Below, piece after piece: positions 28,662 to 38,142 of a stretch of DNA of 64,000 nt (positions within the stretch are counted from its first letter, which is position 1; the number at the start of each line of letters is the position of its first letter). Position numbers and translations under genes: made by a program. The stretch is from Escherichia phage LF82-4. The notes below the pieces were generated by a model. It saw only the letters and a program-made list of their open reading frames with translations. It was not told the origin of the DNA and did not search any database. Where the stretch lies: sequence record PV660448; one strand, written 5' to 3'.

Positions 28662-28875
28662 AAGGAATTTCCTCATCGGTGACAAGGTCATATTCGACCA
28701 ATTGGATAGGCTCGTTAATACCATATCCACGTACAGTGATATCGGTTGTCGGATATTTTCCAGTAATATCACCCATTCTAAATGCTTCAGTGAATGATTG
28801 CTCACCTGAGCAACTAAACCAGGCGGCAAAACATTTTAAAACATCTTCAGACCCTTCTATAATCAATTTAGCCAT
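28651..28875 (-). CDS. hypothetical protein
   Basis: 74 aa acidic ORF. Confidence 0.4.
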   Translation of the reverse strand: MAKLIIEGSEDVLKCFAAWFSCSGEQSFTEAFRMGDITGKYPTTDITVRGYGINEPIQLVEYDLVTDEEIPYVD

Positions 28876-29237
28876 TATAGACTCTCAGTAAAGGTACGAG
28901 CGATAACGTCGCGCTGCTGTTCCGGAGTCAGAGAGTTAAAGCGAACTGCATAACCGGATACACGAATGGTCAGCTGAGGATATTTTTCCGGATGCTTAAC
29001 TGCATCTTCCAGAGTTTCACGACGCAGAACGTTAACGTTCAGGTGTTGACCACCTTCAATTTTAACTTTAGGTTGATGTTCAATTTCAATTTCACGGGCA
29101 TGTAAACCGTAGAAAATTTCCGGGTCTACAATAGCGTCTTCTTTAAAAGTCTTAGAGACGATAATCCGGGCTTGAGTACCATCTTCAAAATAAATAGTGC
29201 CTTTATGTACACCTTCAAGAATTTGATATGCTTTCAT
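28875..29237 (-). CDS. autonomous glycyl radical cofactor (GrcA/YfiD-like)
   Basis: 120 aa; C-terminal glycyl-radical motif [13 protein letters not shown] as in pyruvate formate-lyase C-terminus; T4 is known to encode such a homolog. Confidence 0.8.
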   Translation of the reverse strand: MKAYQILEGVHKGTIYFEDGTQARIIVSKTFKEDAIVDPEIFYGLHAREIEIEHQPKVKIEGGQHLNVNVLRRETLEDAVKHPEKYPQLTIRVSGYAVRFNSLTPEQQRDVIARTFTESL

Positions 29238-29243
29238 ATAACC

Positions 29244-29552
29244 TCAATTAGAAAATAAATTTATCCAAGTTTTTTCTTTAATCAAAAATGGGTCGGAATT
29301 AAACGCCATTAAACTTTGAGTGATTAATCCCTTAAACGGCCCATCAATAAATTCCATTTTGAAATGCGGAATACTAGTCATCAACCGTGCATTAGGAGCA
29401 GTACAAAGAACCTGCTGCCCCGCGAAAGGACCTTTAGTCAAACTGTATCGTTTAGGTTTAAAATGGTAAATCTCATAATTTTCTACAAGAGCCCTTTTAT
29501 TGCATACTGGGCTGTTATAACAATATTCAAAAACTTCAATAGTGGTCATCAT
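29244..29552 (-). CDS. hypothetical protein
   Basis: 102 aa ORF. Confidence 0.45.
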   Translation of the reverse strand: MMTTIEVFEYCYNSPVCNKRALVENYEIYHFKPKRYSLTKGPFAGQQVLCTAPNARLMTSIPHFKMEFIDGPFKGLITQSLMAFNSDPFLIKEKTWINLFSN

Positions 29553-30088
29553 TGCATTCCAATCACAAAAAATTGAGGACGAGCATTACCGCCGATGCAA
29601 TATTTGCTTTTGCAACAGTGTTGGACTGTTTTAATATGGACATTGTAAATCTTATCCATATCAGGAGCTTTAATAGGCTCGTCAATTATGTACAGAATAC
29701 GAGAAAGCGTTAATCCACGGAATTTAGAACCTTCATTGCCAATAAAACTACGGACAGAATCGGTAAATAAACGGAATCGAATATCATCGCTAGAATAACG
29801 AGAAAATTCTTTTTTAATGTTGCCAGCAGAAATTTTAGCATAGGCTGAAGTATTAGAAAGAACAATAACTGTTCCACCATCATACAGCCAATTAGCAGCA
29901 AAGTTAGTCACAGCAATTGATTTACCTGATTGTCGGCCGCCGTCTAAACGAAGTGTACAGTACTGCTTGAGTACGTCTTCAAACGGTGGGATATAACCGT
30001 TCTTACAAATTTCTTCTACTCTAGCATCAGAATGGTGTGTAAAAGCATTCATCAGGGATAGATAAGGTCCAGTTAAAAATGTTCTCAT
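29549..30088 (-). CDS. putative P-loop NTPase
   Basis: 179 aa; Walker A-like GGRQSGKS and Walker B-like ILYIIDEP. Confidence 0.45.
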   Translation of the reverse strand: MRTFLTGPYLSLMNAFTHHSDARVEEICKNGYIPPFEDVLKQYCTLRLDGGRQSGKSIAVTNFAANWLYDGGTVIVLSNTSAYAKISAGNIKKEFSRYSSDDIRFRLFTDSVRSFIGNEGSKFRGLTLSRILYIIDEPIKAPDMDKIYNVHIKTVQHCCKSKYCIGGNARPQFFVIGMQ

Positions 30089-30201
30089 TTAGTTTCTCTT
30101 TTAGGTTGGGCCATTCCGTGGCGCATGAATTGTCCATTTCTGTATTTACCCCTCTAAGTAATTATGAATATACTATCACAATTCTAGGAGAAAGTAAACT
30201 G

Positions 30202-30504
30202 TTATTTACCTTTAATTACTTTAGCTGCTTCGATAGCCGCTTGCTGAAGGTCATCCATAGACATACCGAATTTAGAAGCAAAGTTATCAATTTTCTTTTC
30301 GACAGCATTCAAAGGCTTGGCCTGTTTACCTTCATTAGCGCCAGGAAGAGCGAGAATACGCTCTTTGTCAATATAAAGGCTTACAAGTTTCTTACGGTCT
30401 TTATCGGACAAATCATGAAATGAATGGGCCTTTTTATTTATAGCGGCTTCTAATTTACCTGCACTCACTCGCGCTTCAGTAATAAATTCTTGATATGTTT
30501 TCAT
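30202..30504 (-). CDS. internal protein (capsid-targeting-sequence bearing)
   Basis: N-terminus MKTYQEFITEA matches the conserved capsid targeting sequence of T4 internal proteins IPI/IPII/IPIII. Confidence 0.65.
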   Translation of the reverse strand: MKTYQEFITEARVSAGKLEAAINKKAHSFHDLSDKDRKKLVSLYIDKERILALPGANEGKQAKPLNAVEKKIDNFASKFGMSMDDLQQAAIEAAKVIKGK

Positions 30505-30568
30505 TTTTTGTTTCCTTGTTTGTTTTGATAGAGTAATTATACCATATTAATACTTAAGCGTAAACAAT

Positions 30569-30829
30569 TTAAGCTTTACCGCCAGAAATAATTCCGAAGT
30601 TGTTAAAATCGTATCCAATATCGTCAACATCTACTTTAGGATTTACTACAACATAAGCAATTTCACTACGTTTTGCATAGGTGTTGATTTCTTTACCATC
30701 GCCACCTAAGAAAGAATACCCATTACGTTTTAATGAGCCAAAGTCTTCGGCATCACCAATGAAAGCTTTAACTTTAAATTTAGGACCTTTGGCATCTGCT
30801 TCAATGATAAATTCTTGATACATTTTCAT
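30569..30829 (-). CDS. internal protein (capsid-targeting-sequence bearing)
   Basis: N-terminus MKMYQEFIIEA. Confidence 0.65.
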   Translation of the reverse strand: MKMYQEFIIEADAKGPKFKVKAFIGDAEDFGSLKRNGYSFLGGDGKEINTYAKRSEIAYVVVNPKVDVDDIGYDFNNFGIISGGKA

Positions 30830-30835
30830 TTTTCC

Positions 30836-31249
30836 TTAGTAAATTGATTTACCATAGTATTTGTACCAAGTAGGACGTTGAGCAATTTTTTCATCTAAGC
30901 GTGCTTGACTTATCGCAACGGACGCTTCGGACGGGACATAATTATTACGAAATTCGGCAGGGATGTCGGAAATATCCTGGACTGTCGTGTCCTTGATTTT
31001 GAAACCACGTTTCAAGCATTCAGCGATTAGCTCGATTTGTCGTAAACGTAAAAATTCAAGTTTGTCGTAAAAGAATGTTACGTGACCTGTGCCTAAGATA
31101 AATGTTGGAGAGATTTTAAAATCCTTTACACGTTTACCGTTTTGGACATGTTTACGGACTGCACTAAATACGCGTGGTAATTCACGATACTCAGCCATAA
31201 GATGTTGATCGGTCAGTTCAGAAACAAGTGTTAAATTGATACGAGTCAT
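30836..31249 (-). CDS. denV: endonuclease V (pyrimidine dimer DNA glycosylase) DenV
   Basis: Start [28 protein letters not shown]; near-identical to T4 DenV from memory, 137 aa. Confidence 0.95.
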   Translation of the reverse strand: MTRINLTLVSELTDQHLMAEYRELPRVFSAVRKHVQNGKRVKDFKISPTFILGTGHVTFFYDKLEFLRLRQIELIAECLKRGFKIKDTTVQDISDIPAEFRNNYVPSEASVAISQARLDEKIAQRPTWYKYYGKSIY

Positions 31250-31307
31250 AATTTCCTCCAAGTAGTTGATGAATGTATAGTATCAAAACCCTTGGAGGAA
31301 GTAAACA

Positions 31308-31589
31308 CTATTTTTCTGAAGCGCCTGAAATATATTTTTCAAGACGTTGTTTCATCAGCGAGCCGTTCTTAGCGATTTCTTCCGGTTTATCGCACATACG
31401 TAACAAGGCTTCAAGCTTAGCGATATCGCTGGTACGTTCAAATTTGCGAGTATCTATCTTACTAGCAAGTTCAGAAATACGTGCTAATAGACTTTCGGCT
31501 TCAACCAAAGCTGCACCTAGCTTAGTTGCAAATGTGTCAGTAGCTTCGTTAAGAATAGATTCTGATAAAAATTCACTATATGTTTTCAT
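31308..31589 (-). CDS. internal protein-like (capsid-targeting-sequence bearing)
   Basis: Start at [11 protein letters not shown] (ATG 31589). Confidence 0.6.
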   Translation of the reverse strand: MKTYSEFLSESILNEATDTFATKLGAALVEAESLLARISELASKIDTRKFERTSDIAKLEALLRMCDKPEEIAKNGSLMKQRLEKYISGASEK

Positions 31590-32074
31590 ATATACGCTTT
31601 CCAAGTTCCTGTTTTAAATGTTGAGATTACGCGTTTCGCGCGATTAGGTGTCTGACGATACCATTTAGATTGGGCGAGATTTACTGCCGCTTCATCCCAA
31701 CGTTTCTGTTGAAGCATACGAAGAGAATTAGTAAAACCAGCAACGCCTGCTACACCCATTTGGAAGACCATATTGACCAATGCACATCGACGAACCGCGT
31801 CTAAAGAATCATATACCGGTTTAAGTTTAGCATTACCCAAGATTCCGCGAACGGCTTTATCGACGTCTTCGTTAAATAGCTTTTCAGCCTCATCAAGGGT
31901 AATTGTACCGTTGCATTTACGACCGATCATTCTGTCAAGTTCAGCTTTAGCTACGGCTAAAGACGGGTTCTTTGTTACTAAATGGCCTATGCCAATCGTC
32001 CAAAAGCCTTCAGTGTCTTTGTATAAAGTCAGTCTAAGACCTTCGTCATTACGAAGCATTTCAAATATATTCAT
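31586..32074 (-). CDS. e: endolysin (T4 lysozyme family)
   Basis: [28 protein letters not shown]; catalytic E11, D20, T26 context conserved; C-terminus differs from T4 lysozyme. Confidence 0.95.
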   Translation of the reverse strand: MNIFEMLRNDEGLRLTLYKDTEGFWTIGIGHLVTKNPSLAVAKAELDRMIGRKCNGTITLDEAEKLFNEDVDKAVRGILGNAKLKPVYDSLDAVRRCALVNMVFQMGVAGVAGFTNSLRMLQQKRWDEAAVNLAQSKWYRQTPNRAKRVISTFKTGTWKAYI

Positions 32075-32108
32075 AATACCTCCCACGTTTATAGGAGGTA
32101 TTTATTAC

Positions 32109-32567
32109 TTATAGGATGGTAGTGAGCACCTTGTATAACGATTTGCCCATTACATATTCCCATTGAGAAGGTTTAATTAAAGCGAATGCATCAAATTCAG
32201 GAATCTGTCGTCCGTCTGGGAATGTATGATAGGAATTACAAACACTGTTTCTGAATTGCTCATGCTCTACAGGGATGGTATATAGGAACAGATGAATATT
32301 CTTATTGTCTGAGTAATGATGTTCACCTAGGTCTTTCAGGAAGGCAGGGTCATATTGTGTAAACCCAGTTTCTTCTTCGCATTCACGAATAGCGGCTTCA
32401 ATAGGAGATTCGCCAGGTTCGACACGGCCTTTAGGAATATCCCACCGATGAGCTAATGCACCTTTAGGACGAGAACCAGTTACACGACCCATGAATAATT
32501 CTTTATTTTCGGTAAGGAAAATAATACCGGCAGATAGTTCTTTCACTTTATTTTTCTTACTCATCAT
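32109..32567 (-). CDS. nudE: Nudix hydrolase NudE
   Basis: Nudix box GRVEPGESPIEAAIRECEEETGF; directly after lysozyme gene as T4 e.1. Confidence 0.85.
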   Translation of the reverse strand: MMSKKNKVKELSAGIIFLTENKELFMGRVTGSRPKGALAHRWDIPKGRVEPGESPIEAAIRECEEETGFTQYDPAFLKDLGEHHYSDNKNIHLFLYTIPVEHEQFRNSVCNSYHTFPDGRQIPEFDAFALIKPSQWEYVMGKSLYKVLTTIL

Positions 32568-32793
32568 CTCGGTCCCATGATTTGGCCATTAATTCAGACA
32601 TAAATTCTTCAATGCGCGTTTCTTTAGATGGACTTTCACTATTAGAGACCGCAAGTTTGTAATCTGCAATAGGACGGAACAAATCAAGGTCCATATTAAG
32701 ATCGTCTTTGATTTGTTCTTCAGATACGTCTTTATCATACGTATACAAATAACTATCACCCGATTCTGATTTAACGTAAATTGCTATGCTCAT
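32557..32793 (-). CDS. hypothetical protein
   Basis: 78 aa acidic ORF. Confidence 0.4.
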   Translation of the reverse strand: MSIAIYVKSESGDSYLYTYDKDVSEEQIKDDLNMDLDLFRPIADYKLAVSNSESPSKETRIEEFMSELMAKSWDRDDE

Positions 32794-33188
32794 CTCAAAT
32801 TCCTACATTCGGTAATAAAACGTTCAACTTCATTATTCTTGGCCTTTATCTTGTCTTTACGTTCCTGTAAACTACTTTTAACAAGATTAATAATGATGCC
32901 TATAGTACCTCCACCAATAATACCACCAATAATACTTACGATAGTAGATGCTAATAATATAGCGATAATATCTGGTATGGCAAAGGCACTTACTTTAGTA
33001 CTAAAAAACCATACCGACGGTACAAATATAATCCATCCTGTTATCCATTGGCACTTATTGAAAAACTTTTCAAGCTCAGCTTGAGTTGTTCTTATTACTT
33101 CATCGATAGGTTGATATCCATTAATGTATCTGTTCACGATAATACCTGCTGGCTGGTCGATTTTAAATTCTTGACAAATACGTTTCAC
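32790..33188 (-). CDS. hypothetical membrane protein
   Basis: 132 aa; central glycine/isoleucine-rich hydrophobic stretch. Confidence 0.45.
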   Translation of the reverse strand: MKRICQEFKIDQPAGIIVNRYINGYQPIDEVIRTTQAELEKFFNKCQWITGWIIFVPSVWFFSTKVSAFAIPDIIAILLASTIVSIIGGIIGGGTIGIIINLVKSSLQERKDKIKAKNNEVERFITECRNLR

Positions 33189-33269
33189 TAAGTAGGATGG
33201 ACATCCTGTCCAATCTACTGAATAGTACGAAATACCTTCATTACTTAGACCAATATGTTTTGTTAATCA

Positions 33270-33956
33270 TTACCAGCCTTCCATAGGGAATTCCAGATAA
33301 ACTTGAGCATTGACACGAATTTCATTGGTAATCTTTTTAACTCGGTCTGTATTACGAGATACACGTCCGAACCAACGCCATCCATTACTAATTGCACGAG
33401 AACCAGTGTGCCATGTTTGCCAATCAAACTGAAGAAGAGTACGGTCCGGAGCTTCCCATTTCTCTAGTTCACCTTTTTCAATTTTTTCGAGGACTTCTTT
33501 GTGCCATTGGCGATAGATAAGTTCGCCATCAGGAATCTGACTGAACTCTGCAGTTCCTGTTGCAAAATGAGTAGGACACACGTCAGCGTTAACAAGACCA
33601 AGAATATGTTCAGAATGGTAACGAGGGTTATCATAGTCAGGTTGTCCTGCAGTAATAAAGTGTTGGCCGACTGGAATATCAGGGCGAGGAACATCGTCAT
33701 GGTGATATCCAGGAATAGCAGGATACCAACCAGGCATCAGCATATGAACCCGAGAATCAAATACAACATGTTGATTAGTCCAATCAATTGGGAGATTGGC
33801 AATAAAGCTACGAGTAATAGGACCGCCGTTATCCCAAGCAAAACTCAAATCACAGTTAAAGAACATTGGTTCATTTTTGATTTGGTCATTTTGTACGTTA
33901 TGAGCAAAACCACCTACTGCGCGAGCTTGACTATTAAACACTTTAGAACTATTCAT
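33270..33956 (-). CDS. hypothetical protein (His/Asp-rich, possible metal-dependent enzyme)
   Basis: 228 aa; HHDD and later His residues plus R-x-S near C-terminus could form a 2-His-1-carboxylate site; speculative. Confidence 0.45.
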   Translation of the reverse strand: MNSSKVFNSQARAVGGFAHNVQNDQIKNEPMFFNCDLSFAWDNGGPITRSFIANLPIDWTNQHVVFDSRVHMLMPGWYPAIPGYHHDDVPRPDIPVGQHFITAGQPDYDNPRYHSEHILGLVNADVCPTHFATGTAEFSQIPDGELIYRQWHKEVLEKIEKGELEKWEAPDRTLLQFDWQTWHTGSRAISNGWRWFGRVSRNTDRVKKITNEIRVNAQVYLEFPMEGW

Positions 33957-33957
33957 A

Positions 33958-34263
33958 TTATTTTCCTCGACATTCTTTAATGAAATTTTCTAGATTGGTA
34001 GATTCAATAGCTTTTTTACGAGCTTCTGCATGTTCTTCTTCAGACAATTTACATTTATAATTAACCCAGACGTTATGGTCAAAACTAGTCGTGGCATATA
34101 ATAACAATGCTCCAACGAATAGCAAAAACGGCGATAAGAATACAAAACCAGGAACACCATCCATATCGTAAGCCTTTTGTAATACTGCAACAGAAAGGGC
34201 TGCGTAAAAAGGTGATGCAAATATTGTTAAAAGACCAATTCGGTTGGTTTCGCCTAATTTCAT
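33958..34263 (-). CDS. hypothetical membrane protein
   Basis: 101 aa, two hydrophobic helices; own early promoter upstream. Confidence 0.45.
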   Translation of the reverse strand: MKLGETNRIGLLTIFASPFYAALSVAVLQKAYDMDGVPGFVFLSPFLLFVGALLLYATTSFDHNVWVNYKCKLSEEEHAEARKKAIESTNLENFIKECRGK

Positions 34264-34292
34264 AATATTCTCCTCATGTTTTTAATAGGACT

Positions 34293-34322
34293 ACTATAAC
34301 ATAGTCCTATAATTGTGTAAAC
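34293..34322 (-). promoter_or_regulatory. early sigma70-type promoter with flanking inverted repeat
   Basis: Minus strand GTTTAC -18- TATAGT; arms ATAGGACT/AGTCCTAT around the -10. Confidence 0.5.
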
Positions 34323-34334
34323 AGTTTTGTGAAG

Positions 34335-35291
34335 TTATTTGAAAGGTTTTACCATATGGAAATTTTGTTTGAAACGTTTGACGTAATCATTTTTGCCGAG
34401 CTTATGATACATAGCCACTACTTCATAATAGTTCTCGTATGCGTACTCACGGAACCATCCGGAGGTGATGCTTGTACAGACTTTTTCCAATGCCATCATA
34501 AAACTGGCTTCAGGGTTAATTTTAAAGTTATTAGGAATCTGAGAACGTTCTAATGCTAATACACATGATTCTTCGTATACACCGGCCAATTTGACCATTT
34601 CTGGTAATGATTCGAACTTCTCGCGTGAGGTCATGACTTCAGAACCATCTTTCATATAAAATGTATACGCTGGACGGTCTGTTAGTGCAATGGCTTCATG
34701 AATAGTATCATGGTCATATGTATAGATGTCATCTTTAAAGAACGCACTTTTAGAAGTGTCAAGAACCGGGTGAGCATAGTTCAAAGTTTCTTTCTGGCGT
34801 TTCAACATAATTTCAGTAAGTTCATCGTTCAGTGTAACACCTTTACCACGAAGATACTGAATATGGTTCATAGTCTTTAAAAAGAATGGATTATTTTTCT
34901 TGAAACGATGAGACATCTTAATTGCAAGACATATCTCAGGAGTTGCCCAGTAAAACCCAGTCAAACGGTCTTTAGTCAAATTTTTCTTGGCGTATTTTAA
35001 AAGGTCATAAGAAGATGTGAAATCTTCAGGAGTGAGTTCACCGACTAATTCACGGACATTAGTGATTGCCGGAACAATATATGCTTCAAAATGAGTTTCA
35101 CGTCCATTATGGAAGCATTTGAAAACTTGGACATCAGGGTTATCTTGGTGAACATATACACCCATCATTTGATTTTTGAATACATTCCAAGAACCTTGGT
35201 CCGCAATAAAGTCCCAATCACTATTTTTGATAGCGCTAGAATCAATAAGGCCATGGTAGTGAAGTGCACGAGAACCAATAACTAACATCAT
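34335..35291 (-). CDS. hypothetical protein
   Basis: 318 aa; N-terminal IGSRALHYHG...SDWDFIAD weakly resembles a nucleotidyltransferase GS...DxD motif. Confidence 0.5.
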   Translation of the reverse strand: MMLVIGSRALHYHGLIDSSAIKNSDWDFIADQGSWNVFKNQMMGVYVHQDNPDVQVFKCFHNGRETHFEAYIVPAITNVRELVGELTPEDFTSSYDLLKYAKKNLTKDRLTGFYWATPEICLAIKMSHRFKKNNPFFLKTMNHIQYLRGKGVTLNDELTEIMLKRQKETLNYAHPVLDTSKSAFFKDDIYTYDHDTIHEAIALTDRPAYTFYMKDGSEVMTSREKFESLPEMVKLAGVYEESCVLALERSQIPNNFKINPEASFMMALEKVCTSITSGWFREYAYENYYEVVAMYHKLGKNDYVKRFKQNFHMVKPFK

Positions 35292-35316
35292 AATATTTTC
35301 CTCGAATTTAGATTAC

Positions 35317-35556
35317 TTAAATTTCGCGACATGCGATATTATATTCATCCCAGAGGTCGTCATGTGAAGCCTCTACCAATGGAACGATTGTACCATTTAT
35401 ATCTTCATTATAAGGGCAAATTGTACAGTGCGCATCTTCGAATCGGATGCCTTTGTGTTCAGATTTTTTATAACGCATATCGAATATCTTTGCAAACTTT
35501 TCACGAGTAATAGTTTTAGCAACTACTTCGGTTCCTATACTTTCGTAATAAACCAT
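35317..35556 (-). CDS. hypothetical cysteine-containing protein
   Basis: ORF track 35317..35568; ATG 35556 with GGAG RBS. Confidence 0.4.
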   Translation of the reverse strand: MVYYESIGTEVVAKTITREKFAKIFDMRYKKSEHKGIRFEDAHCTICPYNEDINGTIVPLVEASHDDLWDEYNIACREI

Positions 35557-35618
35557 TGTTGTCTCCATTTAATTTGATAGGACTACTATAACATAGCCCT
35601 ATCTTGTTGTAAACTGTT

Positions 35619-35816
35619 TTAGCAAGAATAACTAGATGATACCCAGCCTTGAACAGTGATACTATTGTGGGATAATGAGATCGCGTCCTGGAGATTCAGA
35701 CCTGCATTATCTTCAATCCACAATGTAACTTCTTCACGCTCTTCGGTTGCAATCTGGAACAGGTTTTCTAGAGCAGCTACGGCCGTACGTACAGCACAAT
35801 CTAATTCACGAGACAT
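35619..35816 (-). CDS. small protein, paralog family member 3 (C-terminal WVSSSYSC)
   Basis: 65 aa; shares C-terminal motif with two upstream ORFs. Confidence 0.45.
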   Translation of the reverse strand: MSRELDCAVRTAVAALENLFQIATEEREEVTLWIEDNAGLNLQDAISLSHNSITVQGWVSSSYSC

Positions 35817-35825
35817 ATGATTTCC

Positions 35826-36098
35826 TTAACAAGTGTGAGAAGATGCAACCCAACCACCAGTTTCGAGGCTCAGGTTGTAGTCGTATTGGTAAACGTCAGC
35901 CCATTCGGCATAACCGTTTTTTGTACAACGTTCAAGATCGGCTTTAAGATGTCCGGGTGAATGATAGGTTCCACCCATACCATAAGCTGGGTACAAGTTG
36001 AATGTTGTGTTTTGTTTATCAGCAATTTCTTTGGCAGCCTCAATAGCTGCATAGATTTTTGCTACAGCTTCAGCCAGTTCGGTTTGTTCTTTAGACAT
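35826..36098 (-). CDS. small protein, paralog family member 2 (C-terminal GGWVASSHTC)
   Basis: 90 aa; starts MSKEQ; shares architecture with 36108..36413. Confidence 0.5.
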   Translation of the reverse strand: MSKEQTELAEAVAKIYAAIEAAKEIADKQNTTFNLYPAYGMGGTYHSPGHLKADLERCTKNGYAEWADVYQYDYNLSLETGGWVASSHTC

Positions 36099-36107
36099 AA
36101 TGATTCC

Positions 36108-36413
36108 TTAGCACAACGCAGAAGATGAAACCCAAGCACCTTCAGTAATAACGTATCCATTACCTTCACGCTTAACATCGCCGCCATTATTTTCAATTTC
36201 ATCTTTCATCCACTGGGATACGATTTCACCCTTAGGATAATAAGTACGACCGCTACCATAATCACCTACAGAAAATGATACGGCATATTGGTCTGCGATC
36301 TTTGTTGCTTCTTCTTCGATACGTTCAGCTTGATTCAGAAGTTTATAAATTGCATCTGAAGCGGATTTGGCATCATTAAACTCTGGTACTTTAATTTCAA
36401 TAATCTTACTCAT
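36108..36413 (-). CDS. small protein, paralog family member 1 (C-terminal GAWVSSSALC)
   Basis: 101 aa; starts MSKII; early-type promoter just upstream. Confidence 0.5.
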   Translation of the reverse strand: MSKIIEIKVPEFNDAKSASDAIYKLLNQAERIEEEATKIADQYAVSFSVGDYGSGRTYYPKGEIVSQWMKDEIENNGGDVKREGNGYVITEGAWVSSSALC

Positions 36414-36511
36414 TTTCTACATTCCTTAATAAAGTTTTCGATTGTTTCATTTTCACGTTTAGCTAGGAGTTCATTATAACTAATCATTTGAGAAGCGTAA
36501 ACAGCATAAAT

Positions 36512-36934
36512 TCAGTTAAGGCTTTTGCATCTTATTTCCTTAACGAATTCCATAGCTTCTTCATATTCATACTTTTTAACAGCTTCATCATACTGAGCTT
36601 GGGCTTTTGCGCACTGAACTTTCCATTCTCTTAATCGGGCTCTGTGATGACGGCCTTGGTACCAATATCCCATCCAGTTAATAGGCATTAATAAAAATGG
36701 TACAATAAGTGGTGCGACGAACATTAATGAAAATGCTGCATCAGACGATATAACTTCACTAGAATCTAAAACGGCTCCTATAATCATAAAGATTAAAAAT
36801 GCTAAAGCTAAAATAGGGCCAAATAGTACTTCATTTGGGATTAATTTACGCTTGTATTCATACGCCCAGGGCTTACTTGGCATGTACAGGGTTGGCTTTG
36901 ACATATTCTCTACATTCCATAATAAATTGCTCAA
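36512..36934 (-). CDS. hypothetical membrane protein
   Basis: 140 aa, two or three transmembrane helices followed by charged tail. Confidence 0.45.
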   Translation of the reverse strand: MSNLLWNVENMSKPTLYMPSKPWAYEYKRKLIPNEVLFGPILALAFLIFMIIGAVLDSSEVISSDAAFSLMFVAPLIVPFLLMPINWMGYWYQGRHHRARLREWKVQCAKAQAQYDEAVKKYEYEEAMEFVKEIRCKSLN

Positions 36935-37475
36935 GGATTAAATTGTTAGTGAAATTAGGACTAACAACCATAGTTTCATAAAGCGCATCAATAGCACTTA
37001 AAGCATCAACTCTCTTAAGCAAAGGCTTGCCTTCATACATAGTTTCAGAATCGACGATTAACGTAAAGTAGTATTTTTTATTATCGACTAGAACTTCTGT
37101 ATCGATATAAAACATATTAGACCTCAGAAGCTTATCTCTAAAACCATAATAATCTTCAGAGCGTTCGCTGATATATTCCCATTCAGTGTTTAAACAACAA
37201 ACAGACCACGTAGGAGCAACGAAATCAGTGAATCTAATATCATAGTCTGCAACTAGTTTAGCAATAGCTCCGATATCATGAATCATAATACCTGGGGCTA
37301 ATAAAGATTTTCTGCTATGGCTAGCCGTTTTCTCAGTGGTTTCATAAGAAGACGACCAATACCATTTACGTCCGGTTGCAACATATCGTAATGAATCAAC
37401 TAAAGACGTAGGTGGATTTACCTTATCTCGGAACTCTTCGAACATTGAGTCAATATCATTATTTTGGTTTCGCAT
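36873..37475 (-). CDS. hypothetical protein
   Basis: ORF track 36873..37496; ATG 37475 with AAAGGAG RBS. Confidence 0.5.
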   Translation of the reverse strand: MRNQNNDIDSMFEEFRDKVNPPTSLVDSLRYVATGRKWYWSSSYETTEKTASHSRKSLLAPGIMIHDIGAIAKLVADYDIRFTDFVAPTWSVCCLNTEWEYISERSEDYYGFRDKLLRSNMFYIDTEVLVDNKKYYFTLIVDSETMYEGKPLLKRVDALSAIDALYETMVVSPNFTNNLILEQFIMECREYVKANPVHAK

Positions 37476-37524
37476 GTTAACTCCTTTATTATCCAAAAGG
37501 AGGACCGGAGTCCTCCGTATTATT

Positions 37525-38118
37525 TTATTTCAAAGAGTTAATATATTCTTGTACATCAGCAGAAGTGGTTTCGACACCGGCTGGAGTGCCATTGAACGTT
37601 TCAACACGAGTCAGAGTGTCTTCGATATCAACCTTAGTCAGTGCAGCGATTTCAATCACATCATCAGCCGTAGAGATACCAAGGGCATTGGCTGCTCGAG
37701 TTTCACGAATGTATTCGAGTTTGATTGCCAGGTTCTGACGAGCATCATCAAGTTCAACCACCTTACGAGCAATTTCAATTCGCATAGCGGCATACCCATC
37801 AGCTTTTGTATTAAGTTGTTCGGCAGTTCGACGATACAGAAGACCAAGCTTAGCATGCATGGTAACATCTTGTCCTTCAGCCAGGAGCTTACGAATTTCA
37901 CGTTCCTTAGAAGCGGCTTGCTTGTTCTTTTCATTAACAAGTTCGCGAATACGTTTTTCTTCATTAATAGATTTAACAGAAGCCGTTTTTAGTTCTTTGA
38001 TTTGGGTAATCAACTTATCTGCAGCTGCGTTATACTGTTCTTCGACAGTCAGATTTTTAGCCATAGCAGTACCCAGTTTAGTGCGGATGAATTCAACAAG
38101 TTTCTTCAGTGTGTTCAT
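37525..38118 (-). CDS. hypothetical coiled-coil protein (PspA-like composition)
   Basis: ORF track 37525..38133; ATG 38118; long heptad-repeat helices; driven by the duplicated 45-nt promoter cassette. Confidence 0.5.
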   Translation of the reverse strand: MNTLKKLVEFIRTKLGTAMAKNLTVEEQYNAAADKLITQIKELKTASVKSINEEKRIRELVNEKNKQAASKEREIRKLLAEGQDVTMHAKLGLLYRRTAEQLNTKADGYAAMRIEIARKVVELDDARQNLAIKLEYIRETRAANALGISTADDVIEIAALTKVDIEDTLTRVETFNGTPAGVETTSADVQEYINSLK

Positions 38119-38142
38119 ATTATTACCTTTCAATTGGTGGTT

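Noticed and set aside
30079-30423. 114-aa plus-strand ORF
   Set aside because: Antisense to the internal protein gene 30202..30504; phenylalanine/leucine-rich as expected from reading AT-rich DNA backwards.
33501-33980. 159-aa plus-strand ORF
   Set aside because: Antisense to ORF 33270..33956 within a uniformly minus-strand operon; no promoter or RBS on the plus strand.
37474-37992. 172-aa plus-strand ORF and 102-aa minus-strand alternate frame (37656..37964)
   Set aside because: Both overlap the coiled-coil ORF 37525..38118, which has a promoter and RBS; alternate frames lack start context.
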